This document shows positions 15,616-28,770 of a stretch of DNA of 64,000 bases, piece after piece. The position numbers and the translations under genes were made by a program. Source of the DNA: Octopus vulgaris (Eukaryota); NCBI GenBank assembly GCA_951406725.2, contig OX597835.1, forward strand, positions 11,718,001 to 11,782,000, given 5' to 3'. Within the stretch, counting starts at the first letter, position 1; every line of letters begins with the position of its first letter. The notes below the pieces were generated by a model. That model did no database searches. It saw only the letters and a program-made list of their open reading frames with translations, and was not told the origin of the DNA.

Positions 15616-16172
15616 GCAAATACATGTGTGCATGCGCGTGTGTGTGTGTGTGGTATGTTTTTAATTATTTGAAATCTTCCACAAAAGAACGACCAGGTCT
15701 CTAACAAAGACAAATTTGGGAAATGTCATGTATTCTTTTACTATTCCACTTACAGATTATATTCGTAATGTGCGTGTAAGCTGGTTGATTTCTTTTTCTG
15801 AAAAGCAAAGCTTATCCAAATTGCGACTTAAGCATTTATTCACAAATCCAAGTGCACCAATTATTGGTATTAATGCGAACTGACAGTTTGGATACAGAAG
15901 CTGGACGTTTCCAAGCAATTCTATGTAGTCAACTACTCTCTGCTTATTTTGGAAGTTGACCTCACACCAGCAGGACAGCTGACCTCTGTGACAACGAAAA
16001 CTGTTTCTCCCAACTCTCCCAAATATTCACGAATCCAAGAGGAAGCTACAGTTCATGTTGATATTACTGTCGTCTTCAAGTCTTCTGGAAACACACAATG
16101 TAAATTTCGGGTTTATATGGGAGGTCTTCAGGAAGAGGTTGTTTCCTGAAGAGCTTACTGTCGACACGCAGG

Positions 16173-16402
16173 ATGCTTTCCTCTTAGTTTTAACACGTAA
16201 CAGAAGATTTGAGAGAAATGCTTTCCTCTTAGTGTTAACACGTAACAGAAGATTTGAGAGAAATGCTTTCCTCTTAGTTTTAACACGTAACAGAAGATTT
16301 GAGAGAAATGCTTTCCTCTTAGTGTTAACACGTAACAGAAGATTTGAGAGAAATGCTTTCCTCTTAGTGTTAACACGTAACAGAAGATTTGAGAGAAATG
16401 TT
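16173..16402. repeat. 45-bp minisatellite, 5 near-identical copies
   Basis: Unit ATGCTTTCCTCTTAGT(T/G)TTAACACGTAACAGAAGATTTGAGAGAA, with no variable spacers. Confidence 0.95.
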
Positions 16403-16629
16403 CCTTCAGTGTTCCTTGTGTTGATGTTTATGTATGTATTTGGCTTTCTGTATTGTTTTAGTGACAACATCGTGTCACATCGTAGGGTAGTGCCTTGTGG
16501 ACACATCTTGTCAGCCGATAATCGCGTGTAAGATTATGATATAATGTCCGTGTAAGAAATATGATATAATGTACATTGTGGTTCACATTTTAGGGCACCA
16601 AAGGCTTTACTGTCTCATTTGTTTACAAG

Positions 16630-16863
16630 GTGGAGGCGCAATGGCCCAGTGCTTAGGGCAGCGGCCTTGCAGTTGGAGGATCGTGGTTTCAATTCCCAGA
16701 CCAGGCATTGTGTGTGTTTATTGAGCAAAAACACCTGAAGCTCCACGAGGCTCCAGCAGGGGGTGGTGGCGACCCCTGTTGCCTAGAAAAATCTCAGCGG
16801 TGGCGCCCCAGCATGGCCGCGACCTTCGGGCTAAAACATTTTAAAGGATTTAAGGATTTAAGG
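16630..16863 (+). mobile_element. SINE family A (short; tail shared with family B)
   Basis: Family A head followed by GGTGGCGCCCCAGCATGGCCGC and an (AAGGATTT)n tail. Confidence 0.85.
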
Positions 16864-17406
16864 TACTTCGTATCGATCACCGTTTTTGGATCCCAAATGC
16901 ATAGTTTTCGAAGTGTGGTGCGATGCAGAATTCACGAATCCAAGAGGAAACTACAGTTCATGTTGATATTACTGTCGTCTTCAAGTCTTCTGGAAACACA
17001 CCAATGTAAAGTTTACTTTTGGTACATTGAGCATTTCCTATCCAGACATTCTTCAGTGGGATACGCTAATCCAGCTATTTCGGGTTTATATGAGAGGTCT
17101 TCAGGAAGAGGTTGTTTCCTGAAGAGCTTACTGTCGACACGCAGGGTGTTTTCCTCTTAGTTTTTCTGCACTAAGTTTATATATTATTTATGCTGCTGTT
17201 GTTTTACTGGCGCTGTCTGAATGAGATTGTATGACATTCGAAGACCCTTATCTCCTCCACCTTTTCTTAGGATGACCCTTTACGATATCACTGGTTCTGT
17301 CGAAGTCTCCACTTAATGCCAGGGTCTTGCGAATTTTTATGCCTATTATGTATGTATGTATGTATGTATGTATGCATGTATGTATGTATGTATGCGTGTG
17401 TATAAT

Positions 17407-17878
17407 CTTTTACTTGTTTCAGCCATCTGACTGTGGCCATGCTGGAGCACCGCCTTTAGTCGTGCACATTGACCCCCAGGACTTATTCTTTGTAAGCCTA
17501 GTACTTATTATGTCGGTCTCTTTTGCCGAACCGCTAAGTTACGGGGACGTAAACACACCAGCATCAGTTGTCAAGTGATGTTGGGGGAACAAACATAGAC
17601 ACACAAACAGACATACACACATACATACACACACACACATACACACACACACACATATATATTTATATATGTATATATATTATATTAATACATATATATA
17701 TATATATATATATACGACTGGATTCTTTCAGTTTCCGTTTACCAAATTCACTCACAAGGCTTTAGTCGGCCCGAGACTACAGTAGAAGACACTTGCCCAA
17801 GGTGCCATGCAGTGGGACTGAAACCGGAACCATATGGTTCGTAAGCAAGCTACTTACCACACAGCCACTCCTACGCCT
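17407..17878 (-). mobile_element. SINE family B (CORE-like, internal microsatellite)
   Basis: Homologous to 60094-60530; contains the CTTGGGCAAGTG motif resembling the CORE-SINE domain. Confidence 0.9.
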
Positions 17879-18793
17879 ACGTATGTATCTATGTATGTAT
17901 ACGTAACAGCTACACTTTTGAAAAACACTTCCGATTAAATTCGATGCGTATGGAAAATTTAGGGACATCAACATGTTTTCCTTGGGTCTTTTATTGCTTG
18001 CATTCAAAAATAATAAATTACAGATTGGTTTGATGATGATAGCACTATTATCAACGAAATAATGGAACCGAGGATTTCATTTTGTTCCAAATTTTCACAC
18101 ACTTGATCACTTTCTAAAATATATTCTAATGTACAAAGAGAACTTTTCAACAAGAATTGAGGAAGAAAGCAATTGAAAAAGGCACTGCACTCCTACGAAT
18201 TTTACAACTAGAACAGAAGGAATGACAGTTAATTGTCTAACTTTAAATGGAAATTCAAAGCTTTAAAAGCATTATCGAATAAAATATTCCTTCCATTATT
18301 GTGGTATACGCTGAGAATTAAAAAAAATCTTTAATCTCCCAAAGTTGTACGAAGGAATCTTTGAAACTTATACCTAAAACACCAATTTTTAACAGATTAT
18401 ATGAACATACATACATACATACATACATTATTTCTTCACTGCCCATAAAGGGCTATACACAGAGGGGACAAACATGGACAGACAAACGGATTAATCGATT
18501 ATATCGACCTCAGTGCATAATGTCTATATGCATATCTATGCACATATGTATGTATGCGTGTGCGTGCGCGCGCGCGCGTGTGTGTGTAGGCGCGTGGCTT
18601 AGTGGTTATGATGTTCGACGCAATGACTGTAAGATTGTGGTTTCGATTCCTGGAAGCGTTGCTCCAGTCCACTCAGCTGGCAAACATGAGTGATCCTGCG
18701 ACAGACTGGCGTCCTGTCCAGGTGAGGAAGTACACCTTGAAACCGGGAAACCGGCCCTTATCAGTCAGGTAGAGAGGGCAACTCTACCTTAAT

Positions 18794-18838
<45 letters not shown>

Positions 18839-18841
<3 letters not shown>

Positions 18842-18979
18842 GACGGGCTTCTTTCAGTTTCCGTCCACCAAATCCATTCACAAGTCTTTGGTCGGCCCGA
18901 GGCTATAGTAAAAAAAAACACTTACCCAAGGTGCCACGCAGTGGGACTGAGCCCGGAAACATATGGCTGGTAAGCAAGT
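18839..18979 (-). mobile_element. SINE family B, partial
   Basis: Homology to the 5' half of 60094-60530; interrupted by (CTA)n. Confidence 0.8.
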
Positions 18980-19039
<60 letters not shown>

Positions 19040-19085
19040 CACCACCACCACCACCACTACTACTACTACTACTACAACTACTACT

Positions 19086-19142
<57 letters not shown>

Positions 19143-19146
19143 TCTT

Positions 19147-19204
<58 letters not shown>

Positions 19205-19980
19205 AATACGCATATGTGAATGTGACTGTAATTTTATTTACTGTTATTTGGTATAAATGTATAAATGTATATTTCTTTGATGTAATATTTATATGATTAG
19301 ATTTTCATATATTTACAGTATGCAGTACCATAATACCTAAACTACTAAAACTATTCGTATGTTTGCTCACATTAACACTCATCAATACCCATTACGCTCT
19401 TCCCATATCACTTGCAAAACTCAGTTTTACTAACTACAACCAAGTTTAGAATCTATTAGTAAATTTATGTTCCATGCGATTTTCTTACCAATTCCTCACT
19501 TACATAATTCCATAATCTAAATCAGTTTTTCCCAAGTCTTTTGTATAAATTCCAATCAAATTCACTCCAAACATTGTCTCCCACAGATGAAGACACTTGT
19601 TAACCTCCAATCATGTAATATTTGGAAGAAAACCAATTTCTTATATACATACAAATATTCAATATATAATTTTATACTAATGTATATTATATACACTTCT
19701 ATTAAAATATATGTAACATTATATACATATATGATTATATACATATTTGATTTTATATATATATATATATATACATATACATGTATGTATAATAAATATA
19801 TATATATATATATGTATGTATATATACACATATGCATATGTATTATATGTATGTATATATAAATAGGTGTATGTAAAATATGTATAAATATGTATTATAT
19901 ATGTATATATACATACATATATATATATGCATTATATATAAATATATGTATATATATACATATATATATACATACATACA

Positions 19981-20013
<33 letters not shown>

Positions 20014-20314
20014 CTTAGAAATGGATGCGTGTGTTCCATCATATAATAACAAATTAATAAATAAAACATATGCATATATACATACATATATGTACGTACC
20101 TACATCTATATGTATATATACATGCATATATGGGTACAGGACACCAAAAAAAACGTCGAACACAATGAGAAACGAAAACATAAACACAAAACCAAGGAAA
20201 TAGACATTTTTCTTAAACAACGAAAAAATAGAGTACAGCACATACAACACAAGGAAAATTCTCCTTCTGTCGCCTCTGTTTCATCTAATCCGTGTTTCGA
20301 AATACAGGTACTAC

Positions 20315-20445
20315 GCATTTTTGCCAGCTGATTGAACTGGAGCAACATGAAATAAAGTTGTCTTGCTCACGGATACAACGCGTCGCCGGGAATCGAACTC
20401 ACGACCTTGCGATCGTGAGCCGAATGCCCTAACAATTAAGCTACG

Positions 20446-20449
<4 letters not shown>
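20315..20449 (-). mobile_element. SINE family D, partial
   Basis: Homology to 35580-35719 (tRNA head and CORE-like TTGAGCAAG...CCAGTTCA). Confidence 0.75.
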
Positions 20450-20513
<64 letters not shown>

Positions 20514-20527
20514 TGTATGTATGTATG

Positions 20528-20564
<37 letters not shown>

Positions 20565-20574
20565 TGTATGTATG

Positions 20575-20619
<45 letters not shown>

Positions 20620-20736
20620 ATGTATATATATATATATATATATTAGAAGAAATGAGGTAATCAGAAGATCGGACGGTTTATATTTACAGATATTTATTTA
20701 TATATTACATTTTTTACATATATATCATATCACTGA

Positions 20737-20780
20737 GATCATTAGCGCTTTCTCCCATTCTAGTGGGGTTTTCAAATCCA
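20737..20780 (-). ncRNA. Degenerate hammerhead motif, U3-A8 core
   Basis: TTGAAAA-CCCCA-CTAGAA-TGGGA-GAAA-GCGC-TA. Palindromic stem III AGCGCT; weak stem I; lies in a ~175-bp island between (TA)n tracts. Confidence 0.4.
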
Positions 20781-20817
20781 AATAAGTTCCTTTGTGGGGA
20801 ATTTTAATCATTATATT

Positions 20818-20910
<93 letters not shown>

Positions 20911-21008
20911 TGATGCAAACAGGAAAATAGCTCTCACAATATGAGTATGTGCATATTTTTATTGATATTTAGCAAAAATATCAGAATCTCGTACGTTGGC
21001 ACTAATCA

Positions 21009-21044
21009 AACTTTGACAATGACCAACGCTCGAAACTGTCAGAC
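21009..21044 (+). ncRNA. Degenerate hammerhead motif, U3-A8 core
   Basis: TTGACAA-T-GACC-AAC-GCTC-GAAAC-T-GTC-AG. One stem II mismatch; short stem I. Confidence 0.4.
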
Positions 21045-23766
21045 ATTGAGTCACTTTGTTGCCTTTCCTAAACATTAATGTGTGTGTGTATGATTATCAT
21101 GTGTCTGTGCGCATGTGTGTGTGTGAGATTGTGTGTGTATGTGTGTCCTTGTATCTCTGTATATATACACATACATTTCACTAATTTTACGTTTTAGCAT
21201 ATACCACACTCCTCATTTGTTAACCACTGCCACCATTTCATTGATGAGGTTCGTTATTGTTTGTTATTTTCTACATTCGCCTCATACAAGTCCTTATGTT
21301 CTACTCTAAACTCAATCATTCCTAAGCTAAACAAATCATGAATCTCATTTTTATTCATTTATATCTACAGTAATATCGACCTATTCCACCCTGCTTCATC
21401 AAATCATCTCGTTAACTCGAAATCTATAAGCAAAAACATATTCTTCATATTTGCATATTTAACTTGGTTACCTCTACAAAAGCAAAAGAATCTATATACA
21501 TATCTTCTCTCTCTGTTCTAACAATTCTATATTAACACATTTTTACAACTTTTTTTAGTCTTTTTCTGTTATGTTCTCTTCCTTTTCTTTCTCATACAAA
21601 CAAATTTCATTGGTTCGTCACATACCAGATATATTCATTAAACTAGGCGTTGTTAGTCATGAATTTGCAATCTTCCAGAGCTCTGAATTCATTAAGATAG
21701 GGCTTTTGTAACACAATATTCTTTTATATATCTCGTATGATTAACTTTTGTTATATTAGACATTACTGCGTCCCCATTTTCAAGAACTTTCCAGCTATTA
21801 ATTATGTTCCCTGCCGTTCCACATCTATAATATTTTAAAGCAAATTTACCGATTTTATAGGTATTCGATCGAATGCATGGTTAACTTAAAACGCGTTGGG
21901 AAATTTCAAACGTGGGTATTGCGGAATAAATAAATGGAAAACAGAAGCGAATTATATAATTCTAGATTTGTCATAAAAAAACACAAGGCAATATTTTTTA
22001 AAACTTGTTTCAGCAGTTGAACTGCGGCCATGCTGAAGCATCGCCTTGAGGGGGTTTAGTCGAACGATTGCACCTCGGTACGTATTTTTTAAAAGTCTGT
22101 TTCTTATTATATTCCGTTCTTTTGCCAACCCGGTAAGTTCCGGTGAAGTAAACTAACAACACCAGTTTCCAAGCGGTGGTGAGAACGTGCATACACACAT
22201 ACATGCATGCATGCGTGCATTCATCCATCCATCAATCAATCCATCCATCCATCCATCCATCCATACATACATACATACATACATACATACGTACATACAT
22301 ACATACGTACGTACATACATACATACATACATACATACATACATACATACATACATACATACATACATAGGGTCATTGTATAAGTAACACACTGACTAAA
22401 TGCCAAGCTTGAGAAATTAGGTTTCTCAAAACCAGAAAGGAGAAAGCTAATTCAAAGACTACAGTTCCAGTCCATCACTGGAACTGTTAAAATCTGTAAA
22501 ACTTTCCAGAGGTTTGTCATTTAAGCACATATGACATGTCTAGGTATGCAACTATATGCATGAGAATAAATACATAAAGCAAAACATACAAACCTGCACA
22601 TATACACATATACTCATATACACATATACACATATACTCATATACACATATACACATATACTCTGTTGTTGATGTTGAAATTCCAATGAAGGGGCCTTGG
22701 ATCTAGGTTAGAAACCGGCTCTTTCTCTATTGGCAAGAAATCTTGAAATAGAACTGAACAATAGCATACATACATATACATAAACACACACATGTATGTA
22801 TGCGTGAAACCCCTCCGCCCAGTTTTCCCCGACTATATTCCTCGACATTCCGTTGTTCGGCCCAGGGTTACAGTAGAAGACACCTGCCCAAGGTGCCGTG
22901 CAATGCGACTGAGCCGAATGTCACGTGGCAGCAAAACCATGCCCGCACTTGGCATGCTGGTGCCTATTCTTAACCAAGATTTCAGCGCAACATAGTTATA
23001 ATAAGGCGTAAGTTCAGAATGTGAACAATCATAACAAAATATGACAGATCTTAATAAATTGTTTAGAGTCGTAAGCTTTTATCTTGGCTTATCCAGAGAT
23101 GTTATAACGATCAACAAGTAATAATAATTCTCGAGTTCTAAATATCAGATAATTTCTTATTGATGAAATTCGTGAAGTATGATGTTTTAGTAGCATTTCA
23201 ATAAAGAGTTGAATATAACACTATATTTAGAAGAAGGGCGACGTTTGAGTAATGATAAAAGAAATTTAAATGAATTATAAATATATCTCGTTTTCTCTGT
23301 GTGTAATGTTTCATAGAGGAGAGGAAAATCCAATTAAATTAATTGTTCTAAATTCATTTTCAGGGTGAGCTTTTATATGTACAATGGCTGACGTTATTTT
23401 TATGTATGATATTAAGAATGCAAAGGTCAATTATATAAGCAAATAAACATCTTTTAAAATTGGCAATTTTCATTTGAATTCTAGGAGTAAATATTATATG
23501 TGCTACAATCGCTACTGTTTAATGTTTATGGGCTAAAAGTGTGCAAGTTTAGTGGTTTGTGTAATTACTATAATGGCAATACATTATGCGGTACATTCTC
23601 TGATAAATTGGATCGCGTCGAAAATACATACGGAAAAGAAGAACGAGCAATATGAACTGTAACATAAAATATAAGACGTTGTTCTTAATCAAGTTTATAT
23701 GGGGGGGTTTATGATAAAGTATGCTGCCTTTGTACAAATAAAATTTACGAAATCCTAGAAGCAAAA

Positions 23767-25003
23767 TACGAGGGGGTGCCGAAAATCTCCTAGCTTTATG
23801 AAAAAAAAAATTGCAAGAAGATCGGTTAATTATGATTTTATTCAGCATATTCTCTTCTCAGACTCACACACTTATTGCAACGATCCTTCCGTTTATCTAA
23901 GCCCTATAAAAGAACTCGGGAGGTTGGCCCTCCAGCTAGGCCTTTCGCGACAACCTTAAAGACAGGGCTTTGGATAAAAGAAAATACAGGAGGATCAGTT
24001 AATTATGATTTTATTCAACATACGAGGGGCGTTCAATAAGTAATGCCTCTGACCCGCTTGCAGTTGTTTGATCTAGCTGAAATTTTGCATGTGCAATTAC
24101 TTATATCTCTATAGATTAAGTGGCAAATTACAGCTCTGAACTAATTGTGGTTTTTTATTTACAGGTGTTTGAACTGAGTCAAGTGTGAAATGGAGCCTGT
24201 TGAGTGTCGAGCAGTGATCCGGTTTTTGTATTTGAAAGGACGCACACCACGGGAGACTTTTGATGAAATGAAAGTAACTTATGGTGATGATGCCCCATCA
24301 TATGACCTTGTAAAACGCTGGCATCGTGAATTCAAACATGGTCGGAACTCTGTGGAAACAGCTCCCAGATCTGGTCGCCCCTTCTGCCATTGATAAGGCA
24401 TCTGTCTGTCAAGTTGAGGCTGCCATTTTGGAAGATCGACGCATAACTATTCGCCAAATAGCCCATGAGGTCAAGATTAGTACCGGGTCTGTGGAAACTA
24501 TCATTCATGAATATTTGCATATGCAAAAGGTGTCTGCCAGATGGATTCCCAGGTTGCTCACGCCTTTCCACAAGCAAGAACGCGTCGATTGCTCGAGGAT
24601 GAATTTGGAGATGTGCCAAGAAGATGAGTCAAAATTTTTCAAAAGACTGATTGCATAGGATAAAACCTGGGTCCATCACTATGATCCAGAGACCAAAGCC
24701 CAGTCAATGCAGTGGACACACCGTGACTCACCTCCTCCAAAGAAGGCAAGGGTGCAGCCCTCCGCTGGCAAGGTCATGCTCACAGTCTTCTGGGACCAGG
24801 ACGGAGTAGTGAAGACAGATTTCCTGGCAAAGGGTGCCACAATTACAGGAGTCTATTATGCTTCTCAGATTCACACACTTATTGCAGTGATACTTCACTT
24901 TATCTAAGCCCCTGAGCCCTATAAAAGAACACGGAAGGTTGACCCTCCAAACATGCCTTTCATGATACCTTTAAAGCCAGGAACTGTTCAACACCCCTAG
25001 ATA
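23767..25003. mobile_element. Mariner-type MITE tandem dimer, hosting a nested mariner
   Basis: Ends TACGAGGGGGTGCCGAAAATCTCCTAGCTTTA and TAAAGCCAGGAACTGTTCAACACCCCTAGATA form imperfect TIRs. The unit at 23790-23965 recurs at 23970-24022 plus 24862-24980. Confidence 0.75.
24021..24865 (+). mobile_element. Mariner transposon, 3'-truncated; transposase pseudogene 24190-~24865
   Basis: TA followed by the CGAGGGGCGTTCAATAAG TIR; HTH region with RSGRP; WIPRLL (WVPHEL motif); first catalytic D in IA*DKTWVHHYDPETK; KVMLTVFWD. Frameshift at about 24380 and stop at 24656. Confidence 0.95.
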
Positions 25004-25296
25004 ACTACTACTCACCTCACGTTCTGAACTCATTCTCTCCTACACACATAGGAAATCTAAAAATTCTCAAACATTTTAAAGCAACGATTTACCAAGTGCT
25101 TAATTCATACAATCTGCGCCTTCAATTACGGCCTCCTTTATATAAGATTTGACTTTCCTGCTCATAACAAATAATTTCCAATGTCTACCGACACACTTAA
25201 TGCCGGCATTATCGATTATATATTCATATGGGTCTCATGTTTATTTCGGTGTTTACGTTAATCTGTTGATATTCATATTTTGTAAAACTGATTATC

Positions 25297-25462
25297 AAGA
25301 AGAAGAAGAAGAAGAAGAAGAAGAAAACGAAGAAGAAGAAGAAAAAGAAGAAGAAGAAGAAGAAGAAGAAGAAGAAGAAGAAGAAGAAGAAGAAGAAGAA
25401 GAAGAAGAAGAAGAAGAAGAAGAAGAAGAAGAAGAAGAAGAAGAAGAAGAAGAAGAAGAAGA
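25297..25462. repeat. (AAG)n microsatellite
   Basis: Direct reading. Confidence 0.98.
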
Positions 25463-25477
25463 ATCTTTTCAACTCTA

Positions 25478-25661
25478 GGCACAAGGCCCGAAATTTTGGG
25501 GAAGGGGACAAGTCGATTCTATCGACCTCAGTACGCAACAGGTACTTAATTTATCGACCCCGAAAGGATGAAAGGCATAGTCGACCTCGGCGGAATTTGA
25601 ACTCAGAATGTAACGGTTGACGAAATACCGCAAAGCATTTCGCCCAGTGTGCTCGCCGCCT
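25478..25661 (-). mobile_element. SINE family C
   Basis: Homology to 8385-8616. Confidence 0.85.
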
Positions 25662-25675
25662 TTATAATAATAATA

Positions 25676-25739
<64 letters not shown>

Positions 25740-26211
25740 TAAAAGATGGGCTACAGCAAATATTCTGCTCAATACCACAGATTTGCTTGTCAGTTGTTTG
25801 ACCTTAACCAGTCGAGCATGTCCCTTAGTGGCTGACGATATGTGCATCTCTGATCACGAGCAGAAGTAGTGGGGGAGCATCATAGCCATGTGTTGAGAGG
25901 GATTCTTTGGGGTTTGAATAATTCACCTCTGGAAACATGGGTGGTTCTTTCAACATCCTTAAACAACCTTTATTCAGGGACCTTTTGAGCGGGATGGGCT
26001 ACTCAACCTGAAGAAATTTTTAACTGGGCCCCACCTGCAAGGTCATGTGCTGTTTATCTTGATATGAGATCACCATGTCGCGCACATATGGTTGTGATGC
26101 ATGTGCCTAGTGTACCCTTATCAGACGGGTAGTCATGATGGGTATATTGGGCTTCGTATATTTTACCCCAGTGTCACTTTGATGGCATAAACTGCTCTAT
26201 CACTCAATAAT

Positions 26212-26260
<49 letters not shown>

Positions 26261-26367
26261 CATGTGCCTGGTGTACCTTTATCAGACGGGTAGTCATGAT
26301 GGGTATACTGGGCTTCGTATATTTTACCCCAGTGTCACTTTGATGGCATGCACTGCTCTCTCACTCA
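25740..26367 (+). mobile_element. Element E, two 5'-truncated copies (25740-26205 and 26259-26367) in (AAT)n
   Basis: Reverse complement of 41701-42245; both copies end ...TCACTC followed by (AAT)n. Confidence 0.85.
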
Positions 26368-26920
26368 ATAATAATAATAATAATAATAATGCAAAATATT
26401 GTCTTAACTGGTACATCACACGTATTGAGAAGAGCATTGTCGATGTGAGAACTATTACTACCCATGTATTTAAAAAAAATGATTGAGTTATTGAATGGCC
26501 TGCCAATGTATACTATGAGTTTCTTTGCCTTAGGAGTCGGGAAGACACTCGGCAAGAAATGGAAGCAAATTTGAAAGAAGAAAAAAAAATAATAATGATA
26601 ATAACGTTCTGTTTAAACTGGTAAAACATATATATATATGTATGTTAATATTAGGCAACACGTAATATTACGCAATTTGTTAATCATCGTTATACATCTT
26701 TTGTATTTTATTCTAAATGTCACTTCTTTCATATTTACATCATTATTAATCCTTCATAACTGTCATAAACTATTTTTACTAACCGCAAACTACAGATAAA
26801 TATTATCTGACAGTTTCCCGCCCCCCTCTACCCGCGAAAAAACCCCTCTCGGTGCAGTATACATCACATTTATTTGTCGTGCATAACTATAGTTTTCTAT
26901 TCCTTTATCATTATTATCGC

Positions 26921-26978
<58 letters not shown>

Positions 26979-27754
26979 ATTATTATTATTATTATTTTTA
27001 TTGTTATTATTTCTATTATTGTTGTTGTCGTTGTTGTTGTTGTTACTACTACTGCTGCTGCTACAACTACATCTGCCGTTACTATTGTTTTAAGTTTTGA
27101 TGATATTGTACATATATAACTCCTACTGTCATTCTCATCCCTCATTTTTACCAAATTACATTTCCAGGAAGCCACATTCTTCGAGCCGAGCTGCTGTCTT
27201 AGACTGTCAAATTAGATATTTTATACAATATTGATTTTCCTTACCGCATTCTCTCGCACCAAAATTTAAAATCTTATTTTATAAAAGTTAATTATCTCTA
27301 TAACGTATCTCTATGCACTCAAAACCGCAAACATGAATAGTAACTGTGAAACAAAAATCCTGTTATAAAACTTGTTGCATTGGTAGAATTTATCTTTACA
27401 TGAATAATTGCCTCTGTCGCTCATGTAAAACTTTTTCTCTTATGATTAAAACATGTAATTAAAGCGAATTATTTACTTGAAAGTTCACCACTCCTCATTC
27501 TACATTCATGTCCTTGCATAATTAACACTAAAGCACATCTTGAAATTAAAATTTAAATCTCATGAAGATTGGTATAGAAGATAAGATTCCATTGATGTTT
27601 AACATTAAGATCAATATATCAGGGTAGGAATAACATTTTAAGGTTCCCAGCAATTTCCTTTACCTTTGAGCTGTTGAGGATAATAGAATGGCATGCTCAA
27701 GGAATTTTCTGTACCTTCTGATTCTTAAAGATTGTGATATATAGATTTCGCTTA

Positions 27755-27865
<111 letters not shown>

Positions 27866-28050
27866 CAATTAAGGACTGAACACGAAAAGTGGATAGTCAA
27901 CATGCTAGATATAGACGTCAAATCGCCATTCTCCACAAAAGATTATGTTCTCAAATCATAATTGAGAACATAATCTTTTGTGGAGAATGGCGATTTGACG
28001 TCTATATCTAGCATATTGACTGTCCACTTTTCGTGTTCAGTCCTTAATTG
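27866..28050. repeat. Near-perfect palindrome (89-bp arms, 7-nt loop) next to (TA)n
   Basis: 27866-27954 versus 27962-28050, with two mismatches. Confidence 0.95.
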
Positions 28051-28164
28051 GTATATATAAATATTTTAATCTTCGGATTCTTTTTTAATATGCTAGACCA
28101 CTGGTTTTAATTGATAAATATCAATTTCTACCCTTAATTAATTTTATATATATATATATGTTTT

Positions 28165-28373
28165 GTTTTACTTGTTTCAGTCAATTGAGAGCGGTCATGC
28201 TGGAGCACCACATTTAGTCGAGCAAATCGATCCCAGGACTTTTTCTTTATAAGCCTAGTACTTATTCTATCGGTCGCTTTTGCAGAACCACTAAATTACG
28301 GGAACATAAACACACCAACATCGGTTGTCAAGCGGTGGTGGGGGACAAACACAAAAGCACAAATACTTACACG

Positions 28374-28445
<72 letters not shown>

Positions 28446-28621
28446 CTCACTTATATATATATATATATATGTATATACGAAAGGTCTCTTTTAGTTTCCG
28501 TCTACCAAATCCGCTCACAAGGCTTTGATCGGGCCAAGGCTATAGCAGGAGACACTTACCTGAGGCACCATGCAGTGGGATTGAAACTGGAACAATGTGG
28601 TTGGGAACCAAGCTTCTTACC
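28165..28621 (-). mobile_element. SINE family B
   Basis: Homology to 60094-60530. Confidence 0.85.
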
Positions 28622-28706
28622 GCACAGTCTCTCCTGCGCCTACAAATAAACATAATAAATGGAACCGCTTGAAACGGTAGTACTTGATATCCCGTTGCTT
28701 ATTTTG

Positions 28707-28770
<64 letters not shown>

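Noticed and set aside
16173-16402. CRISPR-like regular repeat
   Set aside because: The units are contiguous and near-identical, with no unique spacers and no cas genes; the context is eukaryotic.
28655-28690. Hammerhead 3' half (GCTT-GAAAC-G-GTA-GTAC)
   Set aside because: No upstream core or stem II partner; it may be truncated by the adjacent SINE, but cannot be supported.
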